In this document: positions 40,276 through 54,993 of the stretch, piece by piece | Layout: every line of letters starts with the position of its first letter | Position numbering within the stretch: the first letter of the stretch is position 1 | Assembly (NCBI RefSeq): GCF_009914755.1 | Contig: NC_060927.1 | Origin: the human T2T-CHM13v2.0 reference genome, Homo sapiens | Reading direction: 5' to 3' (one strand) | DNA: 64,000 bases | Made by a program: the position numbers and the translations under genes | Notes under the pieces: generated by a model | Told to the model about the DNA's origin: nothing | The model's database searches: none | What the model saw: the letters and a program-made list of their open reading frames with translations, nothing else

Positions 40276-40437
40276 TGGAGAACACGAGCCCGGGCATGGA
40301 GAAGGATGTCCAGGAGCTTTCAAATACATCACAGAACCTCATTCAGAACAAGGAGGGAGTGGGTACTGCTGGGTATCCAAAAAAGAACAATAAAGGTGAC
40401 CGTGGCCACTAACCAGTATGAACAAGCCATCTTCCAT
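40276..40437 (+). CDS. HTR3D: HTR3D exon 6 (...EWVLLGIQKRTIKVTVATNQYEQAIFH)
   Basis: 162 nt versus 161 nt in HTR3C. tgcAG|TG acceptor; CAT|GTGAGC donor; EW motif. Confidence 0.8.
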
Positions 40438-40600
40438 GTGAGCTCAGGGGCCAAGACAAGGTTTCACCATGTTGGCCAGGCTGGTCTTGAACTCCTGGCT
40501 TCAGGTGATCCGCCCGCCTCGGCCTCCCAAAGTGCTGGGATTACGGGCGTGAACCACGAAGCCCGGCCTTTGTCACTCTTTTTTTTTTTTTTAAATTTGA

Positions 40601-40705
<105 letters not shown>

Positions 40706-41562
40706 TGAGTAGCTGGGATTACAAGGGCCCGCCACCATGCCCGGCTAATTTTTGTATTTTTAGTAGAGATGGGGTTTCACCACGTTCACCAGGCCGGTCT
40801 CAAAGTACTGAACTCAGGTATCTGCCTGCCTCGGCCTCCCAAAGTTCTGGGATTACAGGTATGAGCCACCGTGCCCAGCCTTTTGTCACTTTTTTCACTG
40901 ATAAACCTTCAGTACTAAAACAATACCTGGTACTCAGTAAATAGTTACTAAATAAAGCATCCCTTGAGGAAGAAACAAAGGCTCTATGCCAGTGATTCAT
41001 GGTGAGGGTGAGCCCCGCCTTCCCCAATGGCTGTCAGAACTTTTTGGAAGGCAGGAATTTTTGTTTATTTTTAAAAAGATATGGTAGAAAGAGTTAGGAA
41101 ACACTGCCTTAGGGATATGATGATTCCAAATCCTGATAACCCCAAAATATCTGATACTGTCTGCTTTCCCTCCCACTGGTCTCAAATGTTCCCCTGCAAA
41201 GTCACTAGAGATTAGACCTTGACGAGAAAAGCAATTAGAAATGAAAAGATAAAACACACGCGACACCTAAGTCGGTGGTTCCACCGTCTTGCTAAGAGCA
41301 CGTCGGTAGGAATAAAAATTTAAGTGGAGAAAGTTGACACCTTGGGCCAAAAGGAATGAGATACATTTCAGAGGTAAGCAGCATGGGAGACTCTAACCTT
41401 GTGAGACGCCTTTGGATGAAAAGACCGGATGCTGAAAGGGACGGGAGGTAATATTTCCTTACTAGACAGTTTGGCCTGGGACAAATCCCAGTTCTTACTC
41501 TTACCTGTCTTGACAGCCTCCCAGCCTACTTCTCACTTGCCCCTCCTTCTCCTCCCCACCAG

Positions 41563-41781
41563 GTGGCCATCAGGCACAGGTGCAGGCCCAGCCCCTACGT
41601 GGTAAACTTTCTGGTGCCCAGTGGCATTCTGATTGCCATCGATGCCCTCAGTTTCTACCTGCCACTGGAAAGTGGGAATTGTGCCCCATTCAAGATGACT
41701 GTTCTGCTGGGCTACAGCGTCTTCCTGCTCATGATGAATGACTTGCTCCCAGCCACTAGCACTTCATCACATGCTTCACTA
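41563..41781 (+). CDS. HTR3D: HTR3D exon 7 (pre-M1, M1, M2)
   Basis: [20 protein letters not shown]...[21 protein letters not shown]; ccAG|GTG acceptor, CTA|GTACGT donor. Confidence 0.9.
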
Positions 41782-41910
41782 GTACGTCCTCATCCATCAA
41801 GAGACCAAAAGCGAGGTGTGTGTTGGATGGGGAGAGGGATGGGCAGAACCAGGCGAAGTGAAAAGGGATCCTGGAAAAAGATCCTCTGGGAAAGAAACAA
41901 GAAATTCTAG

Positions 41911-42166
41911 GTGGCGCCTCTGGCCCTCATGCAGACCCCCTTGCCTGCAGGTGTCTACTTCGCCCTGTGCCTGTCCCTGATGGTGGGCAGCCTGCTGGAG
42001 ACCATCTTCATCACCCACCTGCTGCACGTGGCCACCACCCAGCCCCTACCTCTGCCTCGGTGGCTCCACTCCCTGCTGCTGCACTGCACCGGCCAAGGGA
42101 GATGCTGTCCCACTGCGCCCCAGAAGGGAAATAAGGGCCCGGGTCTCACCCCCACCCACCTGCCCG
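41911..42166 (+). CDS. HTR3D: HTR3D exon 8 (M3, MX), using an acceptor 40 nt upstream of the paralogous one at 41951
   Basis: [39 protein letters not shown]...; donor CCCG|GTGAGG. Confidence 0.88.
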
Positions 42167-42287
42167 GTGAGGGAAGTCACACTTCCTCTTCCCCCACCTC
42201 CACTTCTCTGCTCCTGCCTCCTTCCCTGTCTCCCTCCCTCCACAGGTGACATTTGCAGCCCATGGCTGAGTCTCTGTCTTTCTGTAG

Positions 42288-42517
42288 GTGTGAAGGAGCC
42301 AGAGGTATCAGCAGGGCAGATGCCAGGCCCTGGGGAGGCAGAGCTGACAGGGGGCTCAGAATGGACAAGGGCCCAGCGGGAACACGAGGCCCAGAAGCAG
42401 CACTCGGTGGAGCTGTGGGTGCAGTTCAGCCACGCGATGGACGCCCTGCTCTTCCACCTCTACCTGCTCTTCATGGCCTCCTCCATCATCACCGTTATAT
42501 GCCTCTGGAACACCTAG
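42288..42517 (+). CDS. HTR3D: HTR3D exon 9 (MA, M4, stop)
   Basis: ...[35 protein letters not shown]; tgtAG|GT acceptor; candidate ATTAAA poly(A) signal at 42791. Confidence 0.9.
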
Positions 42518-44761
42518 GCAGGTGCTCACCTGCCAACTTCAGTCTGGACTTCTTTTTGCCAAAGAACTCCAGAAACCAGTCAGGCTCTCATGTCAGTCCA
42601 AATTTCAGCCTTGTGGCCCTGTCAACCGCCTCATTTTTAACCCAGTCCTCTGTGTAGTTTCAGGCCAGACCTGAATAGTCTCCTATGCCCTCCAAAAGTC
42701 GGGTCCTTGCTCCTGCATGCCATCAGCCCCACTCAGCCCTCCCATACCTCCCTGGCTCCTCAGGATTCAGGTTCCTAGGGTACGTCCTTGATTAAATCAC
42801 CCCAATATGCCCCTTTGCAGAAAGTATTGGCTTTTCCCTGAATTCTGTTATGGTAAAAAAAATCTTGGGATTGAGAGTCTTCTTGCAGAAACTTCTCAGC
42901 CAAAGTAAAAAGGATTTTCTCTTACGTGTGTGTTTTTTTAAGTCTATCAGACAACATGTGAAATGTAGGGGAAGAGAAAGAAGGGGCCAAAATCTATTAG
43001 AAGGAATTATAGAAAAACAGAGATTAACTTCCTAAATCCAGTTACTCTGGACTTAAGCTTCAGAAATTAATGTGCCAAAACTAGGCCTCTCCTGCTTAAA
43101 GAGCGCAGCCTTTTGTTACACCCTGACGTATGACTCATTCATCATTAAGTACTTAGAGTGTTAACATAATCCTGCATTACCGTTAAAGTATCTGTGTTGC
43201 AATTTGAGTTGATGTACCCTTAATCATGCTAAGAAAAGAACATAAGGCCAAGGGAAGCACATTTGAAAATGACATCTACTTTACTTGAGAGGAACACAAA
43301 TGCCCCCGTATGAACTGGAAAGTGCCTTTTCCTAACACTTGTCTTATTATTTCGAAGGTCTTTGCCTAGGGAGCACTAGCTGCCTTGCACAAGTTGAGGC
43401 TCTACTGTGCCCTTGGACATGAGAGCTAAGGCATTTGTTGGTTCAGAAAGCACCTATTTGAGGGCAACTTAACTACACTCAAACATCATATTTTCTTTTT
43501 CGCAACGATTTATTTCCATTTCTTTCATTTATTCTACTACTTTCTATCTGTAGCTCATATTTCCCAAATCATGACCATCTAGGAGTAAAAATAGACTCAC
43601 AAAATGGTTCACTAAATAATATTTCTCTGGCTTCTCCTCTCCACTGCTCTTTCCCAAACTCCTTCGGCTCCCTCTGGTCACTGTAGATGCCCAAAGGGTG
43701 GCAAGGTTGCTAATGTCCACTAGAGGTAGTGCTAGTGCCTGCCAAAGGTTCTACCCCACATTAGCTGCAAGAGTATCTGCTCTCTCAGAGCCATAGCCAT
43801 GGTCGGGACTGGATCCTGGAGCTACAGAGGCTCCCAGCTGGATGCTGCAACCCCAGGACCAGCTGTCACTCGCTTTTTTCTTTCAGTTCCACTGGGACTC
43901 CAGAGGGGCCCATGGGCATCTGGGGTGTTAAATCAGAAATACCCTGCAATACTCTGAATCCCTCCTGTCACTCAGGCCCATGGTCTTCAAACCAAATTGT
44001 GTCCCTTCATTCTCTTTTTAGGATGCATTTTGTTTTTGTTTTTGTTTTTCCAAGAAGATCTTTTGCTCCTCAGTTTCCAGAACGCTGCCGGCATTCTTTT
44101 CACCATTACCGTCCTCCAGGCATGTCCACAACCTGGGGAATACAGCCCTCACATTCACCTAAGTAAATTGCTGTGTCTGTCATTATTTTGGCAGTTCCTC
44201 AACTCACAGATTTCTAAAAGGTGGGCCTTCAGGAAAGACACAGTACTAGTAATAATAACCACCAGTTACTGAGTTATTAATACGCGGCAGGCACTCTAAG
44301 TGCGCCGTGTGAATGCTCATAGTAACGCTATGAAGTAGGAACCATAGATTCAAAAACCTTTGGAGCCAAATGTGTTTTGGAGTTCGGAATTTTTCAGATT
44401 TTAAAAAGGTCATAAGTGTGCATTTATTTACTATATGTTACTGACGCCCCAACTGGGGTATGGAGCAGCACCCTGTAACCAGCAGATTAATATTTCTGCA
44501 ATGAAATCTAAGAATATTCACACTAGGTGGAAAAAATAAAACTATGAATAGTTTTGCATCAATTCTGGTCTGTTTTGCCACCAAATATTTGGTGTATTTT
44601 TTTTTTTTTTTTTTTTGAGACGGAGTTTCGCTCTTGTTTCCCAGGCTGGAGTGCAATGGCACAATCTCAGCACGATCTCCGCCTCCCGGGTTCAAGCGAG
44701 TCTCCTGCTTCAGCCTCCCGAGTAGCCGGGGTTACAGGCACCCGCCACCATGCCCGGCTAA

Positions 44762-45013
<252 letters not shown>

Positions 45014-48000
45014 TAGTGGCCTCACAAGGTTCCACAGCTAGTTAAGCGACAGAGCTGCAGTCTGACCCGAGGCTGGCTGACTCCTAGAGGCTGGACTCCT
45101 AACCTGTCTGCTACATTGCTTTCCAAATTGAGGAGGAAACCCAGAGAGGTGCTCAGAGTCCCATATGGAGACATCGGTATCACTTCAAGTCTCTATCAGC
45201 TGACACTTTAGGAGAATTAAAACAGCAAGAGCAAGGCCCTGATCAGGGTCCCAAAGACAAACTTTCTTTTACATTTCCTTTTACTCCCTCCGCCATTTTC
45301 CCAAGTCCCACCTCTATCCCTTACCCACTCTCTCCTTACCCCGTCATAAGGCCCAGCACCTAAGTTCACTATTTATACTTTCTCCATTCCTTTCTGGAAA
45401 GTGTATTTCCCAAATCGACTCTGACCGATTCATCTTTTCTCTGTGCTCCCTCTGGATTTAGTTTTTTGGCTGCTAATGTACATTGTACTGCCAGACCCTT
45501 GCGGACCTTCCACTCCTATAACCCCATACTGAGATGGTCATTCTCACTTGAAAACTCACCCTCAACTTTTTCAGAGTAGCTTGTTTACCCAGCTTTTGAG
45601 GGGCTCTGAAATTATTTAAGATCAATTTGCATTATTTTGTCTTCCCCCCATCTTCAGGTACGTATTTCTTTCTTTTTCTTTCTCTTTCTTTTTTTTTTTT
45701 TTTTTTTTTGAGACAGAGTTTCACTCTGTCACGCAGGCTGGAGTACAGTGGTGGAGTACAGTGGTGCAATCTTGGCTCACTGCAACCTCTGCCTCCCAGG
45801 TTCAAGCAATTCTCCTGCCTCAGCCTCCTGAGCTGGGACTACAGGCATGCGCCACCATGCCTGGCTAATTTTTTTGTACTTTTAGTAGAGACGGGGTTTT
45901 ACCATGTTGGCCAGGCTGGTCTCGAACACCTGACCTCAGGTGATCTGCCCAACTCGGCCTCCCAAAGTGCTGGGATTACAGGTGGGAGCCACCATGTCTG
46001 GCCAGGTACATATTTCTCTGCTTCGTTTCTTCACATTTTCCCCAAAATGTAGCTTTAAGTTTTATTTTAACAGAAGTGTGCAGTTTATCTTTTTTGACAC
46101 ATGGATTAATATTCTATATATCTCCTTTTAGTAAGAGAAGGCATGATATAATTATAGTGATTTTATTTTCTCCACAAGCAAAATCTGAACATGTGATCCT
46201 AACATCAATGGTAATCATACAGAACCTTTGAATCTGGAGCTCTCCCACAAAATTAACAGGTGTGCCTGCTGCTTTGCTGTTCCATCTATAATAGAATCAT
46301 ATGATAAGTACAGTTTGTGCTAATGACTTTCCTCTTGTTATCTGGCAAACCTCTGAAAGGCTTTGCAAGGTAATTTATGACCTCTTTAGAAACCTTGCTG
46401 ACAGGCACTGGTCCCTCCTGTGCCACCTTGCATTTGACAGCCTGTTTCTGCCTGGCAGCTCCTCACTTTGTCCATTCATCTGCAGTGCTATCCTGTGGTT
46501 CTCACATGTTCACTTTCTCATTATCTAAACCATTATAAACAGTATTTCAGCCAGGTATGGTGGCTCACGCCTGTAATCCCAGCACTTTGGGAGGTCAAGG
46601 CAGGCAGATCCTTTGAGCTCAGGAGTTCGAGACCAGCCTGGGCAACAGTCTAAACCTCATCTCTACAAAAAATACGAAAAATTAGTCATGGCATGGTGAC
46701 ATGCACCTGTGGTCCCAGCTACTTAGGAGGCCAAGGTGGGAGGATCTCTTGAGCCTGGCAGGTCAAGGCTGCAGTGAACCGAGATCACGCCACTGCTCTG
46801 AAGCCTGGGTGACAGAGTGAGACCCTGTCTCAAAAAAAAAAAAAAAGCATTTTTCCATGTTTAATCTACTTTCTTTTGGTTCCATATTAACTTCACACTA
46901 GAATATTTGTCTTGTTATCGTGTTTCAGGGCAGGACCTGAAGGACCTGAAGGAAGGCCCTGCCCCTTCCTTCAGGTCTACTCTAGAATGTGAAGCCACAG
47001 GCATTGTTTCAAACCTGTCCTTTTTCTCCTCTTCTATTTCTGATTCTCCCTTTGATAACCTCTCTTATTTGACAGTTCATTGGCACTGGTTCTTTTATAC
47101 AGCAGGAAAAAAACGAAGGTACAGTAGAGAGAAATCTGGCATCTGGCTGTCCTGGGTTTTTAATCTGATGCCATTACTTGCTAGTTGGATCATATTGGCC
47201 AAGTGGCTTAACCTTATATATTAAAAATTTTTTTCATTTGTGAAGTAGAGCTAATAACACAGATTAAATTATGTTTCGAATATTGCTATTGACAATTATT
47301 AATAAGTTGATAGAAGCTGCAAAACTGAATGTGAAACACCAGAGAGCGTCCATTTTTCACACAGGCTGAAATCTGAAGTGCAAAACAGTCTTCTAGGTGG
47401 GAGGCAAGAGACATAAAGAATTACAGATTTCCAGCTCAACCCCCTCCTTTTTCAGATGGGAAAAATGAAGTGGAGAGAAGTGAAGTGACAAGTATGAAGT
47501 TATCATCATTCAACAGTGCCTGGGAAAAGAGCCTGGGCCTGTGAAAGTGGCAGCCACAGGTGAAGGCTTGTCCATCAGCCTTTTATCCTAGGTGCGGCTC
47601 AGGAGGCCCAGGACGCTCCCACTCTCCTGCTCCCAGGCACTATAGCAGCCTGACCTCAGCTGGTGACCCAGCTGGTGATTTGGGTGCTTTAGATACCTCC
47701 TGCTCTCCCAGCTCCCTAGCCCTGGCCAATGCCCTCTGCATGTGATTGCCATCTATCCGGGATGCAGAATGGCAGCCCTCACAGCCTCCTTCCACCATCA
47801 AATTCTGCCCTTGCCAGCTAACATCTATATTCCAAATCTGATCTCCCAGAGTCCCAGATGAACGGAACCACCAGGGGCCATGCAGTGTGATCCTCTTGGG
47901 ATAAGCTGAGGAGCTAGATATTGGTACCTGTGATTTGCAAAACTATAGCTGCTGCCCCTGCTATTTACCTTGGGATCCAAGCACTGTTCAGGCCCAGGGA

Positions 48001-48225
48001 TTTCACTGATGAAAACCTAGGAACATAATGAACCAGTCAACAAGATTCCCTAGCTGTGAAATAATAAAAAGAGCAAAGAAAGAGCAATAGAATCAGATTA
48101 ATCTGGCTTTGAATCTGGATTCTACCAATTTCCACCTGAGTGGACACTGAGCAAGTTTTTTTTTTTTTGTTTTTCTTGTTTGTTTTTTGTTTTGTTTTGT
48201 TTTGTTTTGTTTTGCTTTTAGATAG

Positions 48226-48504
<279 letters not shown>

Positions 48505-49148
48505 TAAGATTTTGGACCTCTCTGCCCCTCAGTTTCCTTTCCTTTCCTTTCTTTCTTTATTTGCTTCCTTTCTTCTTTCCTTCCTTCTTTTTGTTTCTTT
48601 TTTGACAGGGTCTCACTCAATCAACCAGGCTGGAGGGCAGTGTGATCTCAGCTCACTGCAACCTCCACCTCAGCCTCCTAAGTAGTTGGGACTAAAGGCA
48701 TGCGCCACCACACCTGGCTAATTTTTGTATTCTTTGTAGAGATGGAGTTTCACCATGTCACCCAGGCTAGCCTCAAACCTCTGAGCTCAAGCAATCTGCC
48801 TGCCTCAACCTCCCAAAGTGCTGAGATTACAGGTGTGAGGCACCCCACCCAGCCTCTTTCTTTTGTAAGACAGGGTCTTGCTGGAGTGCAGTGGTGCAAT
48901 CATGGCTCACTGCAGCCTTGAACTCCTAGGCTCAAGCGATCCTCCTGCCTCGGCCTCCCAAGTAACTGGGACTACAGGCATATGTAGAAATGGGGTCTCA
49001 CTATATTGCCCAGGTTGGTGTCAAACTCCTGGCCTTAAGCGATCTTCCCACTTTGGCCTCCCAAAGTGCTGGATTACAGGTGTGAATCACTACACCCCAG
49101 CCTCAGTTTTCCAATCTGTAAAATGAGAATTCTGTCTGAAAGCAGTCA

Positions 49149-49628
<480 letters not shown>

Positions 49629-50457
49629 TCAGCCCTCCGGATCCCACCTGCTGCAGACCGCAGTGCTTCTACCTACCCCTATCTCTACCAGACCGCACCC
49701 AAGACAAAGGCCCACACCCCAGCCACACCACAGAAACAGCAGCTAACTTCTCTGATATGGCCTCAGGACTCCCGTGCAGCTCCCAACCACCTCTTACATC
49801 CTCCCAGGGTGCCTGTGTCCCCTCCGCTCATGCATAGTGAACTGGCAGTCCAGGCATTTAACAAACATTTATTGACTGCCTACTATTACATGCCATATAC
49901 TGGGGGTACAAAAAAGAAGAAGATGTGATTCCTGCTCTCCAAGATGTTACAGAGCAGTAGGGGAGATGTACATGCAAAAAGATGCTTCCAATGTAGGGGT
50001 CATGATAGAGTTCAGGTGTGTGCAGGCATGCATGTGCATGCAACAGGAAGGCTTCACAGAAGACCAGACACTTGAGCTGAGCTGAATCTTTAAGAATTGA
50101 TTGGCTGGGTGCAGTGGCTCATGCCTGTATTCCCAGCACTTTGGGAGGCAGAGGCAGGCGGATCACCTGATGTCAGGATTCAAGCCCAGCCTGGCCAACA
50201 TGGTGAAACCCCATCTCTACTAAAATACAAAAAAATTAGCCAGGTATAGTGGCCCACGCCTGTAGTCCCAGCTACTCAGGAGGCTGAGGCAGGAGAATTG
50301 CTTGAACGCAGAGGCAGAGATTGTGCCACTGCCCTACAGCCTGGGCGACGGAGTGAGACTCCGTCTCAAAAGAAAAAAAAAAAAGAACAGATTAGGCCAG
50401 GCATGGTGGCTCATGCCTGTAATCCCTGCACTTTGGGAGGCCAAGGTGGGTGGATCA

Positions 50458-50835
<378 letters not shown>

Positions 50836-51193
50836 TTAGAATCACCCACGAATGAAATGGAAATTCCTGAGCACAACTGCCTGCACTTCTGATTTGGGGC
50901 CAAGACTGTGATTTAGGGACAGAAGTGTGAGGGTAGAGCACATGAGGTAATTCTGATACACGTTAAAGATAAGAATAACTCTTTTAGAACATAAAATTCC
51001 GGGCAAAAATGATGGGGAGCTAGGTGAGAGTTAAGTCAGGGAGTGTATTTTACATCATGCTCAGGAGCATTTCATTGTGTAGGCCTATGGTTCTCCAAGT
51101 GTGGTCCCAAGACCAGCTGGCTGCAGCAGCAGCAACACCTGGAAGTTCACTGGAAATGCAGATTCTCAGGCCCAACAATTTTAACTGCTATCA

Positions 51194-51574
<381 letters not shown>

Positions 51575-52607
51575 TCAAACAAATGAACTCAGAATAATCT
51601 AGAAGGATAGATAATGTAGAAAATACCAAACTAGGAGTGAGACCACTAAGGAGGTGACCAGGTGTGAAGCTGGAGGGTTTTGATGGTAATGCACGGTTGC
51701 CAGAGAGATTCTTCGCCTTAACTTTCTACCCTCCTGGGAAGGCTGGCTATGCTGCACAAGGCCATTCTCCAACAAGGGGCACCTAAAGGATGGGCAGCTC
51801 TAGGCTGAAGGAAATGCTTTTCCAGTCAACTCAGGCATAGCTATTGCAGACCTGCAACCAAGGTTTAGGGAATCCCAAGGAAACACAAAGTTTTCTGGAA
51901 ACACCCACACCTGATTTGATGGTATTCTCCAACAGATCTAGGGCTGCACCCCCAAACATGAAGGCCTTGGAAACCCAGCCCAGCAGTGTCCTTAGCACTG
52001 ACTCAAACAACCTCTGGCTCTCCTGAGCCTCTGAAGGCCCACGTGCTCCTGTGTCCAGCCTCTAGCCTTTCTGCAATGTCCGATTCTGACTATTCAGCCA
52101 CCCTGGGTACCCTCAGCCAGAGCAAGCTATGCATCCCAGGTCAGGACAATACTCACACGGTGCCTCCACAGGGCTTATGAAACTGATGAAAGGTGACACT
52201 TGCCCTCATTTCAGAGTAGAACAAGCTCTCGTGCCTACTCACGCAGGCCTTACTGGCTGGCCTGGCGCCGGAGCCCAGCACTGTGCTCCTAAATCCAGTG
52301 TCTGTGTTCCAGCCCTTCTGAAGAAGTTCCACCTTGATGTCCTAAAGTCTTAGGGAATCTATTGCCCAACCTCCCTATTTCCGATCCCCAGAGTACGGCC
52401 CAGCAGACACCCGGTACCAATACTAAAGTGCCTGGACAGGAGTCTCAAGTGTCTGCTGCCAGTCCATACTGGGAGTTTTATGAGAGAGGCCAGGAATTGT
52501 CTTGTCAGTCAGAACAGGGGGTGGGAGGAGAGGAGAGGACATGATGACCACCCTATTGTCGTTTGGGATTTTAAAAAGCATTAAATTTCTAGAATCCCAA
52601 CTTGCCA

Positions 52608-52815
52608 AGTGTTCTCAAGTGCAGGCAATTTTACCCCTAAGAAGACCTTTGGCAATCTCTAGAGACATTATTAATGGTTGCAGCTAGGGCGGGGGGATGC
52701 TACTGGCACCTGATGGGCCAGAGTTGCTGCTAAACATCCTACAATGCATAGGACAACTCTGCAAAGAATTACCCGGCCCCAAATGCCAACAGTGCTAAGG
52801 TTAAGAAACCCTGCT
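52608..52815 (+). mobile_element. MER20 hAT element
   Basis: GCTGCTAAACATCCTACAATGCATAGGAC...GCTAAGGTTAAGAAACCCTG. Confidence 0.7.
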
Positions 52816-53116
52816 CTAGGTAACCCCAGGCTCATAAGAATCCCAACTGGACCCAGAATTACCCAAGGAGCCAGTTAAAGCCTAGATTCAGAGGCTGTAT
52901 TTCTAGATGTTTTCCTGGCCGAGTGCCCAAGAATTCTAGAGATATGTAAACCCAAGACATAAGCTCCAAAGATGCGCAGAGAAAGAAGACAGTGTGGAGG
53001 AAGTCCCTGACCCTTCCGCAGTGACCTCTGAGTCAGAGAAGAGCTTCTGAGCCACCATGAAAGCCCATAGCTTGGCTTAGGAAGGACATGTGCTGGGAAT
53101 TAAAATAGGAGCCCTA

Positions 53117-53504
<388 letters not shown>

Positions 53505-54330
53505 TCAGCTACTGAAGCTCTGTCTAAATATGGCTGACCTCCCCTTTCTGAGAGCCCACTGGAGAAGGGACAGAGGAGGCAGGCACTCCCAGGAGACACT
53601 CTCCAAGTCACATGGTGACATTGTACTTTGGTCCTAAATGGCATGATGGGTCAAACCTAAAGGATAGATTTCACGCTCAATTTCTACCAGGTTGTTAAGT
53701 CATCCTCAGCCCCAACGTCCCTCCTTTTAAGCTGAGAATCACCCTGATTATAGCCCATTTTTTTCCAGGGCGCCTATCCCCCAGATTGATGCCTTGTATA
53801 GTCCAAAACCAAGGGTCCTAGGATCTCATTTGCTGCTCTCTCTTCTTCCATCCACTTCCAGGGCCATTCACACACCTGGCTTTCCAGATCTGTCCTAGAT
53901 CGCACCTGTGTTTGACTTGCTTTAAAGGTACATTATGTATAGAACCACCTGGCTTCCTGGCTTGGAAAGGCATCTGTAGCCTGGCCAGTTGCCCCAGCCC
54001 TCATGACAACAACTTCCTCCTTGTGTCAGCCAGTACCTTATGTTGCAGATGCTAACATGTCTCCCAGCTGAACCCTTTCAAGTCATGAAGGAGAGCTCTA
54101 AACCATGAGCAGGTTTCCTTCCTTCTTTCCTTTATTTCTTTCTCCTTCCTTCCTTCCTGCCTTCCTGCCTTCCTTCTCTCTCTCTCTCTCACTCCTTCCT
54201 TCCTTCCTTCCTACCTTCCTTTTTTTTGAGACGGAGTCACGCTCAAGTGCAGTTGCGTGATCTCGGCTCACTGCAACCTTCACCTCCCGGGTTCAAGTCA
54301 TTCTCCTGCATCAGCCTCCTGAGTAGCTCG

Positions 54331-54350
54331 TGTCTTTCTCCCTCCCTTCC

Positions 54351-54381
<31 letters not shown>

Positions 54382-54535
54382 CTTCCTTCTCTCTCTCTTT
54401 CTCTTTCTTTCCCTTTCTCCCTTCCCCTTCCCCTTCCCCTTCCCTTCCCTTCCCTCCCCTCCCCTCCCCTCCCCTCCCCTCCCCTCCCCTTCCCTTCCCT
54501 TCCCTTCCCTTCCTTTCCCTTCCCTTCCCCTTTCT
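54331..54535 (+). repeat. Pyrimidine (CT/CCCTT/CCCCT)n tract; second tract at 54114-54227
   Basis: About 200 nt of almost exclusively C/T. Confidence 0.9.
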
Positions 54536-54870
54536 TACAGGGTCTTGCTCTGTTGCTCAGGCTAGAGCATAGTGGCACCATTATGGCTCACTGCAGCCTT
54601 CACTTCCTGGGCTGAAGCAATTCTCTCACCTCAGCATCCCAAGTAGTGAGAACTATAAGCACATGTCACCACACCTGGCTCCTTTTAAAAATTACTTTTT
54701 GGCCGGGTGCGGTGACTCAGACCTGTAATCCCAGTAATTTGGGAGGCTGAGGCGGGTGGATCACGACGTCAAGAGCTCAAGACCATCCTGGCCAACATGG
54801 TGAAACCCCGTCTCTACTAAATATACAAAAATCAGCTGGGCGTGGTAGCGCGTGCCTGTAGTCCCAGCTA

Positions 54871-54993
<123 letters not shown>

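Noticed and set aside
43713-43732. CTCF-like TGTCCACTAGAGGTAGTG downstream of HTR3D
   Set aside because: The 3' half departs from the GGC core; too weak to call without ChIP data.
52243-52341. 99-nt open minus-strand exon-like segment (tttAG|GACATCAAG...GCCTGC|GTGAGT), plus another at about 47968-48016
   Set aside because: Weak polypyrimidine tract, the peptide DIKVELLQKGWNT... is not recognisable, and no coherent exon chain emerges; compatible with chance. RNA-seq junctions would be needed.
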